Shown: positions 26,834 to 36,410 of the stretch, one piece after another
Layout of the letters: every line of letters begins with the position of its first letter
Position numbering within the stretch: position 1 is the first letter of the stretch
NCBI GenBank assembly: GCA_951406725.2
Contig: OX597841.1
Span: 13,392,001 to 13,456,000 of the forward strand
Direction of reading: 5' to 3'
Length of the DNA: 64,000 nucleotides
Source: Octopus vulgaris
Taxonomy: Eukaryota
Made by a program: the position numbers and the translations under genes
Notes under the pieces: generated by a model
The model's input: the letters and a program-made list of their open reading frames with translations, nothing else
Told to the model about the DNA's origin: nothing
The model's database searches: none

Positions 26834-27169
26834 ATTGACCGCTGCTGGATGTCGCCTCCTCTTCGCCATGTCCTGTTCTGCCTGCTGTTTCTTGCGATGT
26901 TCAAAAAAGCCAAAGGCCCGCAAGGGGTCGCAGTCACTGCAGAAGAAGACCCAAATGCAGCAGTACACTGCCCCCTTTTTACAGGTGATCTTTGTCCCCT
27001 CTATTGATCGCATCCTGTCACAGCCCTTCCCGTGTCGTGTTGTGTTGTGCCACAAACCTTTGTAAAGTTGTCATCACTAAAATAACTCACCCCCCCCCAC
27101 ACACACACACACACAGCACTGTGATTACTATCATCATCAATATCAATATCACAACAATCTCCATCACCT

Positions 27170-27480
27170 TCACACCATCATCATCATTAGCATCATCACT
27201 ACAATTACATCACCACCACTATCACTGCCACCACCACTACCACCACCACCACCACCATCATCATCACCATCACCACTATTGCCACCACCACTACCACCAC
27301 CACCACCACCATCACCACCATCATCATCACCACCCTTATCATCATCACCACCATCACCATTATCATCACCACCATCACCACCTCCATCACAACTATCATA
27401 ACCATCACCACCACCATCACCATCATAACCATCATCACCATCATCACCATCATCACTATCATCATCATCATCATCGTCAA
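27170..27480. repeat. (CAC/CAT)n tract
   Basis: Seen directly. Confidence 0.9.
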
Positions 27481-27729
27481 AAATTGTTTGTGGTTTGTCA
27501 TAACCCCTTTTGTCAGAGACTTTCCAGTGACCCCATCATGGGTCCCTTTTTGCGAATGCTCTTTGTTTATATTTTTTTGTTTTCATTTATAAATCCTTCA
27601 CCCACACACTGTACAAACACGTGTTCTTCTTTGAGTTGGAATATTTACAAATGCTAAATCCTCAAATTTGTTTTTTCATCTCTCTCTCTCTCTCACTTTC
27701 TTTCTATGTGTGTGTGTGTATATTGTGAC

Positions 27730-27926
27730 CTCATGTGTATCGTTGGCGATTTTTTTTTTTCCTCTGTCTTCCCTTCTCTGGATCTTTCCTTCTCCTACGT
27801 TTCTGACGAAGAGCTCCGCTCAAAATGTTAAACCCTCCTTCTTCCCTTCTTTCCTGAGCGTCCAATAATACTATATTTGTTCCATGTCCTCGCGTTGTGT
27901 TTTTTTGTGTTTTCTTGTTTGGATTA

Positions 27927-27930
<4 letters not shown>
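27730..27930 (+). mobile_element. Penelope-like LTR remnant with a minimal hammerhead motif (27799-27833)
   Basis: gttt CTGACGA a GAGC-tcc-GCTC aAAA tGTT aaac. Related copies at 10175-10280(+), 46530-46720(-) and 63826-63945(+); most abut (TA)n. Confidence 0.65.
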
Positions 27931-27982
<52 letters not shown>

Positions 27983-27992
27983 CATACACACA

Positions 27993-28585
27993 CTCTTCTA
28001 CTTTTTTACTTGTTTCAGTCATTTGACTGCGGCCATGCTGGAGTACTGCCTTTAGTCAAACAAATTGACCTCAGGATTTATTCTTTGCAAGTCTAGTATT
28101 TATTGTCAGTCTCTTTTGCCAAACTGCTAAGTTAAGGAAACATAAACACACCAACATAAGTTGTCAAGCAATGGTGGGACACACACACACACACATATAT
28201 ATATATACACAACAGGCTTCTTTCAGTTTCCGTCTAAAAAATCCACTTGCCCCAGGTGCCACACAGTGGGATTGAACCCGGAGCCATGTGGTTGGGAAGC
28301 AAGCTTCTTACCACTCAACTACTCCTATATATTTTGTTTTTGTATATATGTATATATATATATATATATAATTGTTTTTTTTTTTTCTCGTTTGTCATTT
28401 GACATTGCCCATGCTGGAGTACCATTTTGACGAATTTAGTTTTACTTAAATGAATCAACGCCTGGTACTAATTTTTTATTCTCTTAGCCTGCTATTTATT
28501 CTATTGATCTCTTTAGCTGTACTGCTAAGTCACAAGGATGTAAACAAACCAACAGTGGTTGTCAAGTGGTGACGGGGGCAAATAA

Positions 28586-28619
<34 letters not shown>

Positions 28620-28722
28620 GACAGACTTTCAGTTTCCATCTACAAAAGCCACTTGCTCCAGGTGCCATGCAGTGGGACTGAACCCGGAACCATGTGGTTG
28701 GGAAGCAAGCTTCTTACCACAG
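27993..28722 (-). mobile_element. Two decayed family A SINEs
   Basis: Reverse-complement tail, body and head motifs with internal deletions. Confidence 0.75.
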
Positions 28723-29724
28723 CAGGCAAAGTCATTCTTCTGCCTGCAGCCCAAAAGTCCAGTTTACAAATTTGACAAATGCCTCCTCCCCCCCGGGTAG
28801 CAAGCATGTCAGGTAATGTGGACAGTGTAGCTGAAGCCATCATTTGTTGTTGAGGCATGGAGGTCATGTTTGGAGTTTCAGATGGGCTGCAAGTCCACAT
28901 GTAGTCCCTGGTCACATGTATACATACTTTGAGATAGTGTGATCCATAGCAGCTCATCTTGCTGTTGATTGTGGACCATAGCAGAGGATTCACTGACCAA
29001 ATCAACGCTGATTGTCAGAGCAAACATACCCGGGGTTTGAAGCAGGTGAGGGTTAGTGACAGGAAAGGCATCCGGCTCCAGAAAGGTCTACCACAGCAAA
29101 TTCCCGTTCAACCCATGAAGGCATGGAAAAGCAGAAGTTGACCAACGACGATGAAGTGCTTGTATCAATCTCCACAGGATTTTGTACCCATCTCATTCCA
29201 GTAGGATTCGGTCTGAAAAGTTTAAGGGACATAACTAAGCCCCCACCCATCGTTAATAACGATAATGAGGATAATTAGCACAAGGCCGCATAGTTTTAGC
29301 AGAAAGGATATAATTGATTAACTCATTAGCCTAGATAATTATTTATTTTATTATTGCAAACTGCAATTAGTGAACAATGGGTTTGTTCGTCTCTGTTTCC
29401 ACGGGTGAGGGAGTGTGACAATGTGGAGACTCACCCTGCATATTTGTGTTTTATATAGGTGTGTATATGTGTGTGTGTAATATATGTTTATGTGTGTATA
29501 TGTGTATATATATATGCATGAATATATTTGCAATTAAACGTGTGTCTGTGTGTATGTGAGTATATATATATAAGTGTATGTGTGTGTAAAAGAGTATGTA
29601 CACGTGTGTGTATGTATGTTCGTGTATGTATATATGTGTGTGTGTGTGTGTCTGTGAGTCCTCAGCAGCATTCTTTTGATACTGGGGACACCACATTTTC
29701 CCAATAATAATAATAATAATAATA

Positions 29725-30430
29725 ATCCTTTCTACTGTTGGCACAAGGCCTGAAATTTTAGGGGTGGGGTCTAGTCGATTATGTTGACCCCAGTCAACCT
29801 TGGCGGGATTTGATCTCGGAATGTAAAGATGGATAAAATGCCACTAAGCATTTAGCCCAGCCTGCTAACCATTCTGCTAGAATGCTGCTCAAATAATAAT
29901 AATAATAATAATAATAATCATCATTGTTTATCATCCACTTTTGATGCTGGCATGGGTTGGACAGTTTGACTGAGGACTGGTGAGCCAGAAAGCTGTACCA
30001 AACCCCAATCTGATCTGGCAAGGTTTCTACAACTGGTTTCCTTTCATAACACCAACCACTCCAAGAGTGTAGTGGGTGCTTTTTTATGTGCCACCAGCAT
30101 GGGGGGTCAGTCAAGCGGTACTGGCATCAACCACGCCTGAATGGTGCTTTTTACATGCCAACAGTACAGGAGCCAGTCAGGTACAATAATAATAATAATA
30201 ATAATAATAATAACCCTTTCTACTGAAGGCACAACGCCTTGAAATTTGGAGGGAGGGGATCTGTCGATTACATCGACCCCAGTGTTTTACTGGTACTTAA
30301 TTTATTGATCCCAAGAGGTTGAAAGGCAAAATTGACCTCGGTGGAATTTGAACTCAAAATGTAGAGGTAGATGAAATGCTGCTAAGCATTTTGCCCGTCA
30401 TGCTAATGGTTCTGCCAGTTTCACCACCTT
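29725..30430 (-). mobile_element. Family B / family C / family B cluster separated by (AAT)n
   Basis: Same motifs and arrangement as 2055-2782. Confidence 0.8.
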
Positions 30431-30589
30431 AATAAATAATAATGATAAGGGTCTCTTTAATGTGTGGAAAGAGACCCTGTGAGACCTCTGACTGCTGTTT
30501 GCTTTCACGGAATCTACCGGAGCAAACAAGAGTGAATGCTCTGAGAAGTCGGACAATAATAATAACATTTATTTGTTCCTGATGGGCCG

Positions 30590-31110
30590 GGGGGTGGGGC
30601 TTTCCCTGTCTTCATGTCCTTAATTGCTTTAACTACCAAGGTACTGTCAATTTAGGGAGCTGGTCCTTCCCTCTCATTCTCCATGTTCAGCAGTCTTTCC
30701 TAATGGCATCTCCAGGCTTCGTTCTCTGCAGAATCGTTAAATGCAAGTACACCATCATCCAGGTGGACACATTTCTCTCCTAGGACCTCATAATTTCCTC
30801 TCTCACACAGTCTTGCATTCCAAAACACTTCAGATCTTTGGTCCTCATGTCACTGGACATTGGCAAACTTCTTATTTTTCTGCTTCTCCCTTGGCTAGGG
30901 ATACCTATCTCCTAGCTTCCCTTTTGGCTATCTGATACAGTTCCCTGATACCCCCCACTCTTCCATGCCTGTTTCTTTGCTCTAATGGCCCTGTCTACAG
31001 CATCATTTCACCACCACGTCACCCTAGGTCTGGGTGAGACTTTGCACCAGCCACAGATTTGGTCTGTGGCACTCAGCAAGCTGTCCACGGGAATTCTCAG
31101 TTGCTTTCTA
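30590..31110 (-). pseudogene. RTE-clade LINE ORF2 fragment (APE-RT linker), disrupted
   Basis: Minus strand reads DSLLSATDQICGWCKVSPRPRVTWW*NDAVDRAIRAKKQAWK...LYQIAKREARR...EAWRCH*ERLLNMEN...VVKAIKDMKTGKAP with stops and frameshifts. TWWWN and KxGKAxGP-like motifs are typical of RTE. Confidence 0.85.
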
Positions 31111-31242
31111 TGTCATAAAACAAAGCAAGAAAGTTTACAAATTTTAGAGAGAAGGGGGGGAGATCGCTGAGGAAAAAATGGCAATTTATTTTGTTTTATT
31201 TTGTATATTTTATAATTATTATTATTATTGTTGTTTTTTCAG

Positions 31243-31372
31243 GACCTTGTGGAATACAAAATGAAACACCGCATATTAAAAGTCCGGACATTGGACGATA
31301 TAATAAAGACATTAAAAGTTGATGACAGCTGTCCTATTGGCATGTTAATGGTGACCATTTGTACCAGATTAG
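31243..31372 (+). CDS. TLN: Talin exon, F0-F1 junction and N-terminal half of F1 (phase 0 to phase 1, 130 nt)
   Basis: Acceptor ttgttgttttttcag| and donor |gtaggt. Translates DLVEYKMKHRILKVRTLDDIIKTLKVDDSCPIGMLMVTICTRL(G), matching human TLN1 77-120 (DTMEYRKKQRPLKIRMLDGTVKTIMVDDSKTVTDMLMTICARIG, recalled). Joins in frame with 18139-18236. K98 and R118 equivalents are kept. Confidence 0.96.
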
Positions 31373-31658
31373 GTAGGTTGATCTCTTCTTCATCTCATTT
31401 CTTTGTTTGTTACAGCTTACATATTTATTAGGAAAACGACAACAGAAAAAAAGAAGGGGAAGCTTCAAGCAATACATAAAGGAAATTCGATCAAAAGCAA
31501 CCTTTATATTTTGGGCACAAAGGCCCTTTATCAGGAGCTTCCAGTTTAGAAAAATCATATGCTTCTGATGGACCTGAAATGTAGAGAGGCTGCTCAACTT
31601 TCCTTTTCACATTTTTAAATGTTCTTCCGTTTTGTTATTTTACTTCTCTATTGCAGTG

Positions 31659-31723
<65 letters not shown>

Positions 31724-31725
<2 letters not shown>

Positions 31726-31896
31726 GGCGCAGGAGTGGCTGTGTGGTAATAGCTTGCTTCCCAACCACATGGTTCCGGGTTCAGTCCCACTGCGTGGTAC
31801 CTTGGGCAAGTGTCTTCTACTATAGCCTTGGGCCAACCAAAGCCTTGTGAGTGGATTTGGTAGACGGAAACTGAAAAGAAGCCCGTCGTATATATG

Positions 31897-31932
<36 letters not shown>

Positions 31933-32160
31933 TGTGTGTGTTTGTGTGTCTGTGTTTGTCCCCCTAGCATTGCTTGACAACCGATGCTGGTGTGTTTATG
32001 TCCCCGTTACTTAGCGGTTCGGCAAAAGAGACCGATAGAATAAGTACTGGGCTTACAGAAGAATAAGTCGCGGGGTCGAGTTGCTCGATTAAAGGCGGTG
32101 CTCCAGCATGGCCACAGTCAAATCACTGAAACAAGTAAAAGAGTAAAAGAGTAAAGAGTA
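31724..32160 (+). mobile_element. Family A SINE, full length, young
   Basis: Complete head to (gtaaaaga)n tail, CpGs intact. Confidence 0.92.
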
Positions 32161-32539
32161 TATATATATCTCCTGAAGAGGAGATAACCTCTCTGAAATG
32201 CATGCATCCATCAGTCTGTTTAGAGAGTGCTTCAAACTGACTCGGTGTGTTTACAACTCTCTGTCTGCAGACTACAGTGAGAAATTTTTTGCAATGACCG
32301 AAGGGGGTGTTTATATATCTACACTGACATGTACATACTTGCACATGCTTACACCAACATGCACCTGCACTCCACACATTCTCACTCCGAGGTGTACTTA
32401 CTCACATTGCAATACGTGCTCCTGAATTCTAATATTCATGCTTTTATATACACCTATATTTACCCATCCCCACGTTTACATATTCACACCTACTTGCCTC
32501 TACACACACACATTCTTATGTACGGCATGCACATCGTCA

Positions 32540-32574
<35 letters not shown>

Positions 32575-32636
32575 TACATAAACACATACATTCACACATA
32601 CACTCTCACAAACACAAGCACACACATTCTTACATG

Positions 32637-33050
32637 CTCTTTACTCTTTTACTTGTTTCAGTCATTTGACTGCGGCCATGCTGGAGCACCGCTTTTAGTC
32701 GAGCAAATCGACCCCGGGACTTATTCTTTGTAAGCCCAGTACTTATTCTATCGGTCTCTTTTGTCGAACTGCTAAGTGACGGGGACGTAAACACACCAGC
32801 ATCGGTTGTCAAGCAATGCTAGGGGGACAAACACAGACACACAAATACAAACACACACACGCATATATATATATATATATACATATATATGACGGGCTTC
32901 TTTCAGTTTCCGTCTATCAAATTCACTCACAAGGCTTTGGTCGGCCCGAGGCTATAGCAGAAGACACTTGCCCAAGATGCCACGCAGTGGGACTGAACCC
33001 GGAACCATGTGGTTGGTTAGCAAGCTACTTACCACACAGCCACTCCTGCA
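32637..33050 (-). mobile_element. Family A SINE, full length, young
   Basis: Reverse complement of the family consensus. Confidence 0.92.
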
Positions 33051-33229
33051 CATCCATATTCTCACATATGCCCACATTTTCTCTCTCGTGCACATGCACA
33101 AATGCACGTGCACCAAGCATGTTGCACGCTAATCCGGTCACCGACACGAGAGAGTGATTGGATCTTTACTTCATCAATAACTGACTTTTATTTTGTTTGA
33201 AAGATGATAAACTTTAAATGTTAAAAAGT

Positions 33230-35640
33230 CACGGAGCTAACAGAACGATATCTCCGATATTCCCCAAGTTTGAAATCATCAATATTTGATTAGATACCTT
33301 CATATATAATAGGTCGATATCCTTGTGTTTGATAAAGCTGTTGTCTCCCTATTTGATACATTGATATCATCGCAATTGGTGGGCAGATATCTTCATACCA
33401 ATAGACTGATATCTTCGTATTTGATAAGCTTAACAGTCTTATAATATCTGATGGTCCAGTATTTTTTTGATATTTTGTCATCTGTTATTTTTGCTTTATA
33501 TTGATATCTTCAAATTTAGAAGCTGATATCATCATATACACAGACCGATATCTTCATATTTTGCTGTATATTTTGTAGTGATAATGTGATAGGCGAACAT
33601 ATTCATGTGTAAAAGGTCGATATCTTCATATTAAATATGCTGATATCTTCGTTTGATAATCTAATATTTTTATAATTGTCAGATTGTTATGTTCATCATA
33701 GTTTATTACCCTAATATTCAGTGTAGTGATATCTTCATACAATATAGACCAATATCTTCATGATTCGTAGTTTGATATCTTGTATGATGGTCTGATATAT
33801 TTGTAATTGTAACCCATTGATATCTTCTTATTTCACAGTCTGATATCTTTACATTTGACACTGCTATCTTCACATTTGACTGGCCGGTATCATCATAGTA
33901 TATAGGCTGGTATCAGTATATTATTTGGTAGCCTGGTAGCTACTTATTTAACGTACTGACATCTAAACATTCAATATTGTAAATATCTTTGTTCAGTGTA
34001 GACAGGTCATCATCATAATCCTTTAACGTCCTCCTTCCATGCTGGCATGGGTTGGACGGTTTGACAGGAGCTGGCCAGGCAGGGGCCTGCACTATGCTTC
34101 TGAGTGTTTTGGCAGGGTTTTTTATGGCTGGATGCTCTTCCCAACCCCAGCCATTCCATAGAGTGGACTTGATGCTTTTTACAGGGCACTCACACAGGTG
34201 AGGTCGGTTTCAGCATGGTTTTTACAGCTGGACGCCCTTCCAAATGCCAACCACTTTATAGTGTGGACTGGGTGCTTTTTATGTGGTACCAACACCAGTG
34301 AGGTTGCCAAGTAACTTGCAAGAGAAAGGCTCCCTTACTGAGTTAGGGATTAGTATTTAGGGAGATGGCTTTGTACCAAATGACGAGGTTAGGGTATGAA
34401 TAAAGGGACAGATAGGGGTCTTGCAGTAGAGAAGGTACGTGGCCACACCAGTTAGAAAAGAGAGAGAGAGAGGAATAGATGGTGCTGAGGTACCAGGGCA
34501 TATCCTCAAGTTGCAGGGAGGGGTATATAAGTGTTATGCAGAGGATTGGATAGGGTGAGTGGGTGGGTAAGTTTACGAGAGTGCGGACAGAAAATGGGAA
34601 AGAGGGGGGAATGCAGTGAATGGTGGAAATGGGTTGGGTGGGGGTTATTAGGGAGATAGGTTGGGGGCAGGAGATATCTTCCTATTTATTAGGTTGATAA
34701 TCTTATGCTTCAGATCCTCCCGAAAAGTAGACACCAATATCTACCAATGAGGAAAACCGAACAATACCAAAGTAAGGGATCCTCAAAGACTATGAATGAA
34801 TTCCCAAACGCTTCCCACTTTACAAGAATGAAGAACCCAGAATGATGAAATGGCGTTTCATAATCTGAAATAATTTTTTGTTTTGTAATCGGATATTTTA
34901 ATGTCTGTTAGAACTGATGTAATATGCCAATATCACCATTTTTGATGGCTCCGTATCTTTATAATTAGAAGTCTATTGATATCCACATATCCATGGCCTG
35001 ATATCTTTATTACCAATGTAGCAATATCTTCACACTCGATAGGACGATATCTTCATGATTAATATTTGGTTGTCTGATAATTTTGCATTTGATATAATGA
35101 TATCTCCATATGTAATTGACCTATATCTTCATATATGATAGACTGATATCTTCATATTGACATGCTATCTTCATATTATATTATGTGATATCTTCATACA
35201 AAATAGGTTAGTAGCTTCATATTTATTAGGCTGATATCGCCATATCTGATAATCTTATATCCTTATCCCAGTTGGTATCTTCATATTTCTTAGTCTATCT
35301 TGATATACAGTACAGTGATATCTTCATGCTTCCTAGTTTGATATTTTCATATCCCATGATCTAATCTCATCATGTTTGGTCGTCCAATAACTTTTTATTT
35401 CATAAATATGCAATATTTGACATATTTATAAATATTAAATATGTGATATCGTGTTTGATAGAGTAATATCAGATAGGAAGATAATACGGTATCGGATGAT
35501 ATCTTCCTGTCCAATATGCCAATATTTTCATATTTGATGATCCATGATGTCTTAGTGTCTGACGATATCCCTCTGTCTGGTTAAGCTGATATCTTCGTAT
35601 TCGATAGGCTGATTACCTTTGTCTCTGACAGATAGTTATC
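33230..35640. repeat. Highly degenerate 23-bp-period array (core gatatcttcat), interrupted at ~34008-34670
   Basis: Core positions 35126, 35149, 35168, 35191, 35214, 35237, 35260, 35278, 35298, 35321, 35344 are mostly 23 apart; the same core runs through 33240-34000. Confidence 0.85.
34008..34460 (-). mobile_element. Family C element (long variant), inserted in the 23-bp array
   Basis: catcat..tttaacgtcc..ttccatgctggcatgggttggacgg; body resembles 22770-23120. Confidence 0.75.
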
Positions 35641-35961
35641 ATTGGTGCCATAACTATCAGCATCACCATCATCATCTCCACCATCATTATCACCATCACT
35701 GCCACTATTATCACAACCATCATTTTCATCATCATCATCATCACCACCATCATTGCTATCACTACCATTATTACCGCTACCATCACCATCATCGCCACCA
35801 CCATTATCATCAGTGCTACAATCATTTTCATCATCACCGCCACCATTAATTTCCTCATCATCGTCATCACCACCACCATCATCATCATCATCATCACCAC
35901 CACCACCATCATCATCATCACCATCATCACCACCACCATCATCATCATCACCATCATCACC

Positions 35962-35992
<31 letters not shown>

Positions 35993-36410
35993 CCATCATC
36001 ATCATCGTCACCATCATCATTATCACCATCATCATCATCACCATCATCACCATCATCACCATCATCATCACCATCATCATCATCACCATCATCATCACCA
36101 TCATCACCATCATCACCATCATCATCACCATCATCACCATCATCACCATCATCATCACCATCATCACCATCATCATCAACATCATCATCATCATCATCAT
36201 CACCACCACGACCACCATCATCACCATCATCCTCATCCTCAGCATCATCATCATCATCATCATCATCCTCATCACCATCATCATCATCACTACCACCATC
36301 ATCATCAGCACTACAATCATTATCACTACTACCACCACCACCACCACTGTCATCACTGCCACCACTACCACCACCACCTTCCCCGCCACCATCAGCACTT
36401 TTGTCATCAT
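35640..36410. repeat. ~770-bp (CAT/CAC)n trinucleotide tract
   Basis: Seen directly. Confidence 0.95.

Larger units (their letters stand above)
18237..31242 (+). other. TLN: Talin intron (GT-AG, phase 0, 13006 nt)
   Basis: Bounded by the two talin exons; the peptide is continuous across the junction (..LRNG|DLVEY..). Confidence 0.9.

Noticed and set aside
33230-35640. CRISPR-like appearance (repeat plus variable spacer)
   Set aside because: Core only ~11 nt and degenerate, spacers ~12 nt and mutually related, no cas genes, eukaryotic intron.
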